Origin: Actinomycetes bacterium
GTDB taxonomy: Bacteria; Actinomycetota; Actinomycetes; Nanopelagicales; Nanopelagicaceae
Direction: 5' to 3'
Assembly (NCBI GenBank): GCA_043745325.1
Contig: JAYTTL010000343.1
Span: 1-47,426, forward strand
Length of the DNA stretch: 47,426 nucleotides
In this document: positions 9,301 through 19,528 of the stretch, in pieces
Layout: every line of letters starts with the position of its first letter
How positions within the stretch are numbered: position 1 is the stretch's first letter
Notes under the pieces: generated by a model
What the model saw: only the letters and a program-made list of their open reading frames with translations
Database searches by the model: none
What the model was told of the DNA's origin: nothing
Program-made: the position numbers and the translations under genes

Positions 9301-10418
9301 GCATTCCTGAAATAAAGTTAATCTTTGATGAGCCCGTTCAGCGTAAAAAAGTACCTAAGCACTTAGCGGATTACTCACCTTCAGAGCGGCGTGAAGTCGC
9401 ACAATCTCTTGGCCTGCCAGCTTTTAGAGCCACACAGGTTGCCACGCATTATTTTTCTCATTTATCGGATGATCCACAGACATGGAGTGATATTCCGGCC
9501 GATGTCCGTCTAAGTATCGCCGATCAATTAACTCCAAAACTCATTGAATTGGTTCGCTCAGTTGCCTGCGATGATGGTATGACTCGAAAAGATTTATGGA
9601 GGTTGCATGATGGGGTTTTGGTTGAAAGTGTTTTAATGCGCTACAGCGATCGCGTGACGGTCTGCATCTCTTCGCAAGCCGGATGCGGAATGAACTGCCC
9701 ATTTTGTGCAACTGGGCAAGCGGGTTTGACCCGGAATCTAAGTGCGGGCGAAATCACCGAGCAGATCGTAGCCGCGGCGCGGGCTTGTGCTCGCGGAGAA
9801 TTACCAGGTGGTCCAGTTCGGCTTTCCAACATTGTCTTTATGGGAATGGGTGAGCCTTTGGCCAATTACAACGCCGTCATGCGCACTGTCCGAAACATCA
9901 CTGAACCGAGCCCCGATGGCCTTGGCATTAGCGCGCGCTCGGTAACGGTGTCTACCGTTGGTTTAGTAAACGGAATTGAAAAACTCACCGAAGAGGGTAT
10001 CGCCGTTACTTTGGCCGTGTCTTTGCATACACCCGATGACGAACTTCGAGAAACATTGGTGCCGATTAACTCGCGTTGGAATATAAAGGAGGTTCTGGCC
10101 GCTGCCGATGCTTATGAAAAGCGCACGGGGCGTCGATATTCCATTGAGTATGCCCTCATTCGTGACATAAATGATCAATCATGGCGTGCAGATTTATTGG
10201 GACGCTTGCTAAAAAATCGTAACGCCCACGTAAATTTAATTCCATTAAACCCAACTCCAGGATCTAAGTGGACGGCATCTCGACGTGAAGATGAGGCCGA
10301 GTTCGTGCGAATTTTGGAGGGCTACGGAGTTCCTGTGACGGTTCGCGATACACGGGGTCGCGAAATCGATGGCGCATGTGGCCAGTTAGCTGCGGCCGAG
10401 AAAATCAGGGCCGACTAG
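9297..10418 (+). CDS. rlmN: 23S rRNA A2503/tRNA methyltransferase RlmN
   Basis: [18 protein letters not shown] radical SAM motif, MGMGEP and IDGACGQL. Confidence 0.98.
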   Translation: MSIPEIKLIFDEPVQRKKVPKHLADYSPSERREVAQSLGLPAFRATQVATHYFSHLSDDPQTWSDIPADVRLSIADQLTPKLIELVRSVACDDGMTRKDLWRLHDGVLVESVLMRYSDRVTVCISSQAGCGMNCPFCATGQAGLTRNLSAGEITEQIVAAARACARGELPGGPVRLSNIVFMGMGEPLANYNAVMRTVRNITEPSPDGLGISARSVTVSTVGLVNGIEKLTEEGIAVTLAVSLHTPDDELRETLVPINSRWNIKEVLAAADAYEKRTGRRYSIEYALIRDINDQSWRADLLGRLLKNRNAHVNLIPLNPTPGSKWTASRREDEAEFVRILEGYGVPVTVRDTRGREIDGACGQLAAAEKIRAD

Positions 10419-10452
10419 ATTAGCCAATCACTGAATTGGTAGACTTGGCGCC

Positions 10453-11877
10453 ATGGAAAAGTTAACGAACTTTATTAATGGGCATGTAGTAGATGGCACT
10501 TCGGGTGAGGTAACGTCACTGATAAATCCTTCTACAGGTCAGGCATATGCGACTGCGCCGAAATCAAATGCTGCCGATGTTGACGCCGCATTTAGCGCGG
10601 CAAGTAATGCATTCCCAGGTTGGCGCGATTCAACGCCGTCTCAACGCCAACGCGCCATGTTAAAAATTGCCGATGCAATTGAGGCGCGTCAATCCGAGAT
10701 CATTGACATTGAATGTCGAAATACCGGAAAACCAATTTCTTTAACAACCTCTGAAGAAGTTCCACCGATGCTTGACCAGATCCGCTTCTTTGCGGGAGCG
10801 GCACGAAACTTAGAGGGAAAATCTGCAGGCGAGTACATGCCAGGCATGACATCAATGATTCGGCGCGAACCCATTGGTGTGATTGGTCAAGTAACTCCTT
10901 GGAACTATCCAATGATGATGGCGGTGTGGAAATGGGCACCGGCAATAGCCGCCGGAAATACTGTGGTCTTAAAGCCAAGTGATACAACACCGGCATCGAC
11001 CGTGTGGATGGCACAGGTAATGTCAGAGTTTTTACCTGCCGGAGTTTTTAACGTTGTCTGTGGCGAGCGCGGAACAGGCCGAGCAGTCGTTGAACACAAA
11101 CGCCCTGACATGGTTTCAATAACTGGCTCCGTTGCCGCCGGAATACAAGTTGCACAATCTGCAGCGACTCAATTAAAACGGGTACATTTAGAACTCGGTG
11201 GCAAAGCACCAGTTGTAGTTTTTGCCGATGCCGACCTGCCAGCAGCAGCCGAGGCGATAGCCATTGCCGGCTATTTCAATGCTGGCCAAGACTGCACCGC
11301 AGCTACCCGAGTCATTGTTCAAGCGAGCGTTTATGATGATTTTGTAGCGTTATTAACGGCCCAAGCCCAAGGCATTGCCATCGGTGCACCTGATGAAGAT
11401 GTCTTTCTTGGACCCGTCAATAACGCTCATCAATTGGCAAGGGTCTCTGGCTTTTTAGAGCGAGTTCCAAACCATGCAAGAGTTATGGCAGGTGGAAGCG
11501 CCCTTGATCGACCCGGCTTTTTCTTTCCCGCAACCGTGGTTGCAGATTTAGTACAAGAGGACGAGATGATTCAAAGCGAGATCTTTGGTCCTGTCATCAC
11601 GGTTCAAAGATTTAGTGATGAGGCCGATGCTGTTAGTAAAGCCAATGGCGTCGAATACGGCCTAGCCTCGAGTGTCTGGACAAAGGATCATGGACGCGCG
11701 ATGCGCATGGCTAAAGCCTTTGACTTTGGTTGCGTTTGGATCAATACCCATATCCCTGTCGTTGCCGAAATGCCACATGGTGGATTTAAGCGCTCGGGTT
11801 ATGGCAAGGATTTATCGGCCTATGGCTTTGAAGATTACACGCGAATAAAGCATGTAATGACTAATCTTGGGGCATAG
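10453..11877 (+). CDS. Gamma-aminobutyraldehyde dehydrogenase (PatD/Prr-like)
   Basis: PWNYP, LELGGKAP, NAGQDCTAATR and EIFGPV motifs; adjacent to the polyamine transporter. Confidence 0.9.
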   Translation: MEKLTNFINGHVVDGTSGEVTSLINPSTGQAYATAPKSNAADVDAAFSAASNAFPGWRDSTPSQRQRAMLKIADAIEARQSEIIDIECRNTGKPISLTTSEEVPPMLDQIRFFAGAARNLEGKSAGEYMPGMTSMIRREPIGVIGQVTPWNYPMMMAVWKWAPAIAAGNTVVLKPSDTTPASTVWMAQVMSEFLPAGVFNVVCGERGTGRAVVEHKRPDMVSITGSVAAGIQVAQSAATQLKRVHLELGGKAPVVVFADADLPAAAEAIAIAGYFNAGQDCTAATRVIVQASVYDDFVALLTAQAQGIAIGAPDEDVFLGPVNNAHQLARVSGFLERVPNHARVMAGGSALDRPGFFFPATVVADLVQEDEMIQSEIFGPVITVQRFSDEADAVSKANGVEYGLASSVWTKDHGRAMRMAKAFDFGCVWINTHIPVVAEMPHGGFKRSGYGKDLSAYGFEDYTRIKHVMTNLGA

Positions 11878-11917
11878 GATTTAGGAAAGAAACTCACTCA
11901 CGAAGGAGTAAATACGT

Positions 11918-13093
11918 ATGGCCACAGAGCGATCACTTTCACCAGAAGCCCGTTCCATTCTTGGCGCTCGCATTTCTCGTCGAGGGGTACTTGCAGGCGC
12001 TGGGGGATTAGGCGCGGCAGGTTTGCTCGCGGCCTGTGGTGGATCGGGGGCATCGAAAAACGATTCAAAAACTCTACGGTGGGCCAACTGGCCGCTCTAT
12101 CTCGATTTCGATTCCAAGACCAAGAAGTACCCAACCCTTGAAAAGTTTAAGACACAAACCGGAATCGATGCGCAGTATTTTGAAGATTACAACGATAATG
12201 ACGAGTTCTTTGGCAAAGTGCAGGCCCAACTCAAACTTGGACAGGACATTGGCTATGACGTAGTTACCCCGACCGACTGGATGGCCGCTAGGTGGATCCG
12301 TCTGGGTTACACACAAAAGTACGATCTAGCAAATATTCCAAATCATGGAAATATTTTAGATTCACTCAAGTCACCTTCGTATGACCCAAAGCGCGAGTCA
12401 TCACTGACGTGGCAGGGCATCATGTCTGGTTTTGGTTGGAACACTTCAAAAAATCCAAAGGGAGTTCGCACGTTGGATGATCTCTTTGCGCCGCAAAACA
12501 AGGGGAAGATTGTTGTTCTAACTGAAATGCGCGACACCATCGGAATTATTTTGATGTCACAAGGCGTGGATATTACTAAAGTTACCGAAGATCAATTTAT
12601 GAATGCTGTCGATTTTATGGCCAAAAAGATTGCCGATGGCTGGATTCGTGGAGTAAAAGGAAATGATTATGCGCAAGATTTAACGTCAGGTGATGCCACT
12701 GCAGTCATTGGCTGGTCAGGAGATATGTTTATTCTTGCAAGTGAAAATGCCGGAAAGTTTGACTTTGCAATTCCAGAGTCTGGCGGAACAATTTCAGGTG
12801 ATAACTTAATGATTCCTTCGACTGCATCGCCTTCAGGAAAGGCCAATGCCGAGAAGCTCATTAACTATTATTACGACCCAGCAGTTGCCGCAGAAGTTGC
12901 CGCATACGTTAACTACGTTTGTCCCGTGAAAGGGGCACAAGCGGAGATGGAAAAGATTGCTCCAGAGCTTGCAACCAGCGAATACATCTTCCCAACTGAA
13001 AAGACTGCTACACGATTACATGTATTTCGTTCATTGACACCGGATGAAGAAACTAAATGGGCACAAGCTTTCCAAAAGGCACAAGGTAACTAG
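11918..13093 (+). CDS. Polyamine ABC transporter substrate-binding lipoprotein (PotD/PotF family), Tat signal
   Basis: SRRGVL twin-arginine motif plus LLAAC lipobox; NWPLY, WSGD, PESG and DN motifs. Confidence 0.92.
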   Translation: MATERSLSPEARSILGARISRRGVLAGAGGLGAAGLLAACGGSGASKNDSKTLRWANWPLYLDFDSKTKKYPTLEKFKTQTGIDAQYFEDYNDNDEFFGKVQAQLKLGQDIGYDVVTPTDWMAARWIRLGYTQKYDLANIPNHGNILDSLKSPSYDPKRESSLTWQGIMSGFGWNTSKNPKGVRTLDDLFAPQNKGKIVVLTEMRDTIGIILMSQGVDITKVTEDQFMNAVDFMAKKIADGWIRGVKGNDYAQDLTSGDATAVIGWSGDMFILASENAGKFDFAIPESGGTISGDNLMIPSTASPSGKANAEKLINYYYDPAVAAEVAAYVNYVCPVKGAQAEMEKIAPELATSEYIFPTEKTATRLHVFRSLTPDEETKWAQAFQKAQGN

Positions 13094-14238
13094 TGGCTAT
13101 TGATCCAATTAATGCACGCGGAGATTTACGGTTAACGAGAATCACGAAGTCCTATGGAGATTTCAAAGCCGTAGATGATCTAACGCTAACTATTCCAGAG
13201 GGCTCTTTTTTCGCACTACTAGGCCCATCTGGTTGTGGCAAGACTACGACTCTGCGAATGGTCGCAGGTCTTGAGGAGCCAACCGTTGGCAGCATTTACT
13301 TAGGTGATACCGATATCACCACAACACGGGCCTATCAACGTCCTATCAATACGGTGTTTCAGAACTACGCACTCTTTCCGCATTTAACTATCTTTGAAAA
13401 TATCGCATTTGGTCTTCGCCGTCGCGGAGTTAAAGATGTAAAAGAGCAGGTCGATAAAGTTCTCAGCCTTGTCGAACTTCCACATTTGGCCCAGCGAAAG
13501 CCAACTCAATTATCGGGTGGGCAACAGCAACGAATCGCACTTGCCCGAGCCATCGTAAATCGTCCAGCACTTCTTTTATTGGACGAGCCATTGGGCGCGC
13601 TTGATTTGAAGTTACGCCGCCAAATGCAGATCGAGTTAAAGTGGATTCAGCGTGAAGTCGGGCTTACTTTTGTGCACGTCACCCACGATCAAGAAGAGGC
13701 CATGACCATGGCCGACACCATCGCCGTAATGAATGAAGGCAAAATCGAGCAGATGGGAACACCAGCTGATTTATATGATGACCCAGAGACGGCTTTTGTG
13801 GCTAACTTTTTGGGTCAATCAAATCTGATTAAAGGCAAAATTGAGGGCCGCGATGGAGATAATTTAGTTATCGATCTCTTCGGACAAAAGATTTCAATGC
13901 CCAGCGCACGAAGTCATGCAGTAGATAACGCCTTATACGCCGGAATACGTCCAGAGAAATTTCGAATCTCGCGCACGGGTTCAACGATGCGCGGCAATAT
14001 TTTATCGGGCGGGCGGATCGAAGATGTGTCGTATATCGGCGTGAGTACGCAATATGTTGTGGCGATGCCATGGGGGCAGGAGTTAATGGTCTTTGAACAA
14101 AACGACGATGGCGTTCCACCTTTTAACAAAGGCGAGGAAGTCGTCATCTCATGGGAGCCGAACTTTACTTTCGCTCTACGGGGAGATGAAGACGTCGAAG
14201 CTGGAACCGAAGTAAACCCTGAAGAGATTCAAGAGTAA
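13093..14238 (+). CDS. potA: Polyamine ABC transporter ATP-binding protein
   Basis: GPSGCGKTT, LSGGQQQR, LLLDEPLGALD motifs; TOBE-like C-terminus. Confidence 0.93.
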   Translation: MAIDPINARGDLRLTRITKSYGDFKAVDDLTLTIPEGSFFALLGPSGCGKTTTLRMVAGLEEPTVGSIYLGDTDITTTRAYQRPINTVFQNYALFPHLTIFENIAFGLRRRGVKDVKEQVDKVLSLVELPHLAQRKPTQLSGGQQQRIALARAIVNRPALLLLDEPLGALDLKLRRQMQIELKWIQREVGLTFVHVTHDQEEAMTMADTIAVMNEGKIEQMGTPADLYDDPETAFVANFLGQSNLIKGKIEGRDGDNLVIDLFGQKISMPSARSHAVDNALYAGIRPEKFRISRTGSTMRGNILSGGRIEDVSYIGVSTQYVVAMPWGQELMVFEQNDDGVPPFNKGEEVVISWEPNFTFALRGDEDVEAGTEVNPEEIQE

Positions 14239-15098
14239 TGAGTTTTACCTTACCCAAAGTACGCGTTCCTTACCTGTTGTTGTTTCCAGGTTTTGCATTT
14301 CTCTTTACTTTTTTTATTTTGCCGATTGCTAATTTAGCGCAAACTTCGACTCAAACTCCGATACCGGGTGGCGACACTGGTCAGTACCAACAGACATTTG
14401 CTTTTAGCAACTATCTCAACGCATTTCTAGATAATCGTGAGCAGTTTGCTCGTTCTTTTATTTATGCAACGCTTGCCACGGTATTCGCGCTAGCAATTGC
14501 TTACCCACTGGCCTATGCCATCGCATTTAAATCTGGAAAGTTCAAAAATATATTTTTGGTGCTCGTGGTCGCACCTTTCTTTACTTCTTTTTTGCTTCGT
14601 ACAATTGCTTGGAAACAGATCTTGGGCGAAGAAGGCTTTGTTGTCCCAACACTTCGAAACTTACATGTGATGGGTCAATCGACCACAATCACTTCCACCG
14701 CTGTGGCCGTTGTAGCCGGAATGACGTATAACTTTCTCCCCTTTATGACCTTGCCTCTTTACGCATCCCTTGAGCGAATAGATCCGCGCACGATTGAGGC
14801 CTCGGGGGATTTATATGCAAATGGAATTACAACATTTCGTAGAGTGACCATGCCGTTATCCCTACCGGGAGTTGTGGCCGGAACTTTATTGACTTTTATT
14901 CCAGCTGCTGGAGATTATGTAAATGCATCTATTTTAGGAAGTCCAAACACAAAGATGATCGGTAACGTTATTGAGTCGCGCTATTTCAAAATCGTTGACT
15001 ATCCAACAGCGGCCGCGCTTTCATTTACATTAATGGCCGCGATTCTCATTCTCGTGACGCTCTATATTCGAAAAGCAGGAACGGAGGAGTTGGTGTGA
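14238..15098 (+). CDS. potB: Polyamine ABC transporter permease
   Basis: YPLAY, PFMTLPLYASLERID, EASGDL motifs; multiple transmembrane segments. Confidence 0.9.
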   Translation: MSFTLPKVRVPYLLLFPGFAFLFTFFILPIANLAQTSTQTPIPGGDTGQYQQTFAFSNYLNAFLDNREQFARSFIYATLATVFALAIAYPLAYAIAFKSGKFKNIFLVLVVAPFFTSFLLRTIAWKQILGEEGFVVPTLRNLHVMGQSTTITSTAVAVVAGMTYNFLPFMTLPLYASLERIDPRTIEASGDLYANGITTFRRVTMPLSLPGVVAGTLLTFIPAAGDYVNASILGSPNTKMIGNVIESRYFKIVDYPTAAALSFTLMAAILILVTLYIRKAGTEELV

Positions 15099-15931
15099 GT
15101 ACAAGAATCAAAGATGCCAGCATTCCGACCATTCCATTTAAAGCTCGGTTTTCGCGCTGGTTTGGTCGAAACCTTTTGCGCATTTATATGGTCTTTGGAT
15201 TTACATATCTCTTTATTCCAGTTGCGTATACTTTTGCATTCTCCTTTAATGATGCAGGCAAAAGTAATTTAATTTGGAAGGGTTTTACGCTAGGCAACTG
15301 GCAGAATCCATGTGGAGCTCCACAAATATGTAATGCGTTGGGCAACTCAATAAAAATTGGCGCACTTGCAACGCTATTTTCTACAATTCTTGGCACAATG
15401 ATCGCCTTTGCAATAGGTCGCTATAAGTTTAAAGGCCGATCTACCTCTAACCTACTTATCTTTTTACCCATGGCAACACCTGAAATTGTCCTAGGGGCAT
15501 CACTACTCTCACTCTTTTTAGTTTTTAAAATCAATCCAGGTTTTTGGCCAACGGTCATCGCTCACGTTATGTTTTGCGTTTCATTTGTCGTAGTCACGGT
15601 AAAGGCGCGAATTGCAACTCTTGATCCAAGGCTTGAGCAAGCGGCGATGGATTTGTATGCCAATGAACGTGAAACTTTCAAACGCGTAACCTTGCCCTTG
15701 GTCGCCCCTGGAATCGCTGGGGCGGCGCTTCTGGCATTCTCACTTTCATTTGATGACTTTATTATTACTAACTTTAATTCAGGAACGTTAATTACCTTTC
15801 CTAAGTTCGTTTACGTTGCAGCCGCTCGCGGAATTCCTGCGCAGGCAAATGTGATTGGCTCTTCGATGTTCTTTTTAGCCTTGGCCATTGTCATTGCAGG
15901 TCAGTTAGTACATCGCCGCAGATCGCGCTAA
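15095..15931 (+). CDS. potC: Polyamine ABC transporter permease
   Basis: LEQAAMDLYA and FSLSFDDFIIT motifs. Confidence 0.9.
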   Translation: MSTRIKDASIPTIPFKARFSRWFGRNLLRIYMVFGFTYLFIPVAYTFAFSFNDAGKSNLIWKGFTLGNWQNPCGAPQICNALGNSIKIGALATLFSTILGTMIAFAIGRYKFKGRSTSNLLIFLPMATPEIVLGASLLSLFLVFKINPGFWPTVIAHVMFCVSFVVVTVKARIATLDPRLEQAAMDLYANERETFKRVTLPLVAPGIAGAALLAFSLSFDDFIITNFNSGTLITFPKFVYVAAARGIPAQANVIGSSMFFLALAIVIAGQLVHRRRSR

Positions 15932-15947
15932 CGCCCAGAATAATCAG

Positions 15948-17360
15948 ATGGCAACCATCGACCCATTTATTCTCAAACATCTAGAGCATATGCAGCCAGT
16001 TTTGTACTGGTTTGATGAGGATTTCCTTGAGCCTTCGCCACATCCAACTTTAATTGGCGATGTCACGACCGATTTGTGCATCGTTGGAGCTGGATATACC
16101 GGTCTCTGGACGGCGTTATTGGCTAAAGAACAAAACCCAGATCGTGAAGTGATACTTGTAGAGCAGCTCGAAACTGGGGCTGGGGCATCGGGTCGCAATG
16201 GTGGTTTTTGTAGTTACTCACTTACACATGGATTCATGAATGGATATACCCGTTTCAAAGATGAGATGTCGATTATCGAACGGCTAGGTCGCCAAAATCT
16301 AGATGAAATCGAAGCCACGATAAAAAGATATGGAATCGAATGCGACTTTGAATGGAATGGCGAGCTCCGCATAGCCATTGAAAATTGGCAGATAGAGTCC
16401 ATGGTTAATGAGGCCGAACTCCGCAACTCCTTTGGTGACAATGTAGAACTTCTCACGCAGTCGCAAATTCAAGCGCGCATTAAATCTCCACTGTACAAGG
16501 GGGCATTGTGGGATCCCGATGGCACAGCTCTAATCGATCCTGCACGTTTGGTGTGGGGACTGGAGCGTGCCTGTATTTCACTGGGCGTAAAGATATTTGA
16601 AAATACTCAAGTCCAATCACTGGAGCACGCGAGCCAAAGAGTGATTGCTCATACCCCTTACGGCCGTATCAATGCAGAGAAAGTTGCCTTGGCAACAAAT
16701 GTTTTTAAATCGCTGGTGCGAAGTGCACGAAAGTATGTTGTCCCTGTTTATGATTTTCAATTAGTAACCGAACCTTTGACACCCGAGCAACTCGAATCCA
16801 TCGGTTGGAAGGGGCGCGAAGGTTTATCTGATGCGGGCAATCAATTTCATTATTATCGAATGACTAAAGACAATGAGATTTTATGGGGCGGCTACGATGC
16901 AATTTATAACTTCCGTGGCAAGGTGCGCCAAGAGTATGAATCCGATGCCAAGACATATGCACATTTGGCGCAGGGTTTTTTAGCGACTTTTCCGCAGTTA
17001 GCGGGGATCAAATTTACACATGGATGGGGTGGTGCAATTGATACGTGCTCACGTTTTTCACCTTTTTGGGGAAAGGCCTATGGCGGTCGTGTTGCATACG
17101 TCATGGGATTTACGGGTTTAGGCGTAGCGTCAACACGCTTTGGCGCACAAGTACTGCTCGATCTTTTAGACGGTGCCGATAACGAGCGGACACGTCTTGC
17201 GATGGTCCGTAAAAAGCCACTCCCATTTCCACCCGAACCATTTCGCTTTCTCTTTATTCGACTTACTCAATGGTCTATACAGAGAGCCGATGAAAATGAA
17301 GGCAAACGCAATCTGTGGTTGCGCTTGCTTGATCTGCTTGGTTTGGGTTTCGATTCTTAA
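15948..17360 (+). CDS. FAD-dependent amine oxidoreductase (PuuB/DadA family, gamma-glutamylpolyamine oxidase-like)
   Basis: IVGAGYTGLWTA, GASGRNGG and GFTGLGV motifs; polyamine cluster context. Confidence 0.85.
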   Translation: MATIDPFILKHLEHMQPVLYWFDEDFLEPSPHPTLIGDVTTDLCIVGAGYTGLWTALLAKEQNPDREVILVEQLETGAGASGRNGGFCSYSLTHGFMNGYTRFKDEMSIIERLGRQNLDEIEATIKRYGIECDFEWNGELRIAIENWQIESMVNEAELRNSFGDNVELLTQSQIQARIKSPLYKGALWDPDGTALIDPARLVWGLERACISLGVKIFENTQVQSLEHASQRVIAHTPYGRINAEKVALATNVFKSLVRSARKYVVPVYDFQLVTEPLTPEQLESIGWKGREGLSDAGNQFHYYRMTKDNEILWGGYDAIYNFRGKVRQEYESDAKTYAHLAQGFLATFPQLAGIKFTHGWGGAIDTCSRFSPFWGKAYGGRVAYVMGFTGLGVASTRFGAQVLLDLLDGADNERTRLAMVRKKPLPFPPEPFRFLFIRLTQWSIQRADENEGKRNLWLRLLDLLGLGFDS

Positions 17361-17383
17361 GCTTTTGCGCCTATTCTTTATCA

Positions 17384-18382
17384 ATGACCAACCATGGCAA
17401 TATGTATGGACCCGACTTTACATTTCTTGGAATTCCGCGCGCTGACTTAGATATTCCATCTACCTATGCCGATGCCGATGTAGTCATAGTGGGCGCACCC
17501 ATCGATAGTGGAACATCACATCGCTCAGGAGCAAAGTTTGGCCCGCAAGCAATCCGTGGTGGCGATTATCTGCCACATGATGGTGCCCGCCCGCACTTAG
17601 CACTTCGAATCGATTCATTACAAGCGATGAAGGTCGTTGATGCTGGAGATTTAATAATGCCAGGGCGAGATTTAGTTAAATCTTTGAAAATGCTGGCCGT
17701 TGCAACTGAAAAAATTTCACGTGCTGGGGCAATTCCAGTAATTCTGGGTGGAGATCACTCAGTGACATCAGCAGATGTTGCCGGCATTGCACGACACCGG
17801 GGTATGGGAAAGATTTCAATGATCCACTTTGATGCCCATGCCGATACTGCCGACGATGAATCTGGCGCATTAGTTGGTCACGGGACTCCTATGCGCGAAT
17901 TAATTCAAAGTGGCGCAGTACGTGGTGATCGATTCTTACAACTTGGTCTTCGTGGATATTGGCCAGGTCCAAAGACGTTGGATTGGATGCGCGATCAAGG
18001 CATGCGCTCTTATGAGATGACCGAAATTCACAATCGTGGTTTAAATACCGTTTTAGATGAGTCTTTTGCAACACTTGTAGATGGATGCGATGGCGTTTTT
18101 TTATCTGTTGATATCGATGTAGTTGATCCAGGAATGGCGCCAGGTACGGGTACTCCAGAGCCTGGGGGAATGACAAGCCGCGAACTTTTAGAGGCTGTTC
18201 GAAGAATTTGCCTCGAACTTCCAATTGTAGGTATGGATATTGTTGAAGTTGCGCCGGCTTTTGATAATGCAGAGATAACGGCAATTCTTGCTAATCGCGT
18301 TGTGCTAGAAGCGCTCAGTGCAATTGCAAAACGACGCTCGGGGGAGAAGTTTTCGCCGACACAAAACCTACTGGATCGCTAA
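17384..18382 (+). CDS. speB: Agmatinase-like ureohydrolase
   Basis: GGDHS, HFDAHAD, HGTP and SVDIDVVDP..APGTGTPEPGG metal-binding motifs. Exact substrate is inferred. Confidence 0.85.
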   Translation: MTNHGNMYGPDFTFLGIPRADLDIPSTYADADVVIVGAPIDSGTSHRSGAKFGPQAIRGGDYLPHDGARPHLALRIDSLQAMKVVDAGDLIMPGRDLVKSLKMLAVATEKISRAGAIPVILGGDHSVTSADVAGIARHRGMGKISMIHFDAHADTADDESGALVGHGTPMRELIQSGAVRGDRFLQLGLRGYWPGPKTLDWMRDQGMRSYEMTEIHNRGLNTVLDESFATLVDGCDGVFLSVDIDVVDPGMAPGTGTPEPGGMTSRELLEAVRRICLELPIVGMDIVEVAPAFDNAEITAILANRVVLEALSAIAKRRSGEKFSPTQNLLDR

Positions 18383-19528
18383 ATGCGTGAAGTAGTAATA
18401 TTGGGCTCAACGGGTTCGATTGGAAGACAGGCGTTAGAAGTAATTGCCGCTCATCCAGAAAAAATCCGAGTTATTGCAATGACATCGGCCGGAACACATC
18501 CAGAGCTTGTCATCGCCCAAGCTAAAGCTTTTGACGTTGGAATTATTGGCGTGGTTAAGAATGCCGACGCTATTCGCGCGGCGCTTCCTGGAGTAAAGGT
18601 TATTGATGGACGATTCGCATCTACCGAGATTGCATCGATTGAGTGCGATATTGTCTTAAATGCAATTACAGGATCAATCGGACTTGGACCAACTCTGGCC
18701 GCCCTTGATTCTGGAAATAGTTTAGCCCTTGCCAATAAAGAGTCTCTGGTTGCCGGCGGTGAATTAGTAATGGCCAAGAGCCGGCCTCATCAAATCATCC
18801 CCGTGGATTCAGAGCACTCGGCAATGTGGCAGTGCGCAATGGCTGGCAAACAAGAGGAGATTAGCAAATTAATTTTGACGGCAAGTGGTGGTCCCTTTGT
18901 TGATCGCACTGACCTAAGTTCGGTGAGTGTGGCCGATGCGCTCAAGCATCCAACATGGAGCATGGGAGATGTAGTAACAATTAATTCAGCGACGCTAGTA
19001 AATAAGGGTCTTGAAATAATTGAAGCACACTACTTATTTTCAATGCCATATTCGTCAATTGATGCCGTAATTCATCGCCAATCGGTAGTGCATTCAATGG
19101 TTGAGTTTTACGATGGCTCGACAATTGCACAAGCTAGCCCGCCTAATATGAAAGGCGCAATTGCATACGCACTCAACTTCCCACATCGATTCGAGGCGGC
19201 CACTGCTCCTATTGATTGGAGTAGTGTCCACAACTGGAGTTTTGAGCCGATTGACTCATCGCGCTTTCCTGCCGTGGCCCTTGCCAGGCGTTGTGGCGAA
19301 TTAGGTGGCGCAATGCCAACGATATTTAACGCCGCCAATGAGAGCGCAGTTGCGGCATTTTTTGCAGGAAAAATCGCATTTAACGACATCGTTTCGATTG
19401 TTGAACACGTGGCAATTCATTTAGAGGAATCTGCGCTCTCGCCACTTCGCGATTTAGTTGATGTCAGTGCGATAGAAGACAATGCCAAGGCTCTCACCCA
19501 TGAATATCTAACACGATTGGCGCATTAA
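18383..19528 (+). CDS. dxr: 1-deoxy-D-xylulose-5-phosphate reductoisomerase
   Basis: LGSTGSIG, LANKESLV, PVDSEHSA, TASGGPF and HPTWSMG motifs. Confidence 0.98.
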   Translation: MREVVILGSTGSIGRQALEVIAAHPEKIRVIAMTSAGTHPELVIAQAKAFDVGIIGVVKNADAIRAALPGVKVIDGRFASTEIASIECDIVLNAITGSIGLGPTLAALDSGNSLALANKESLVAGGELVMAKSRPHQIIPVDSEHSAMWQCAMAGKQEEISKLILTASGGPFVDRTDLSSVSVADALKHPTWSMGDVVTINSATLVNKGLEIIEAHYLFSMPYSSIDAVIHRQSVVHSMVEFYDGSTIAQASPPNMKGAIAYALNFPHRFEAATAPIDWSSVHNWSFEPIDSSRFPAVALARRCGELGGAMPTIFNAANESAVAAFFAGKIAFNDIVSIVEHVAIHLEESALSPLRDLVDVSAIEDNAKALTHEYLTRLAH

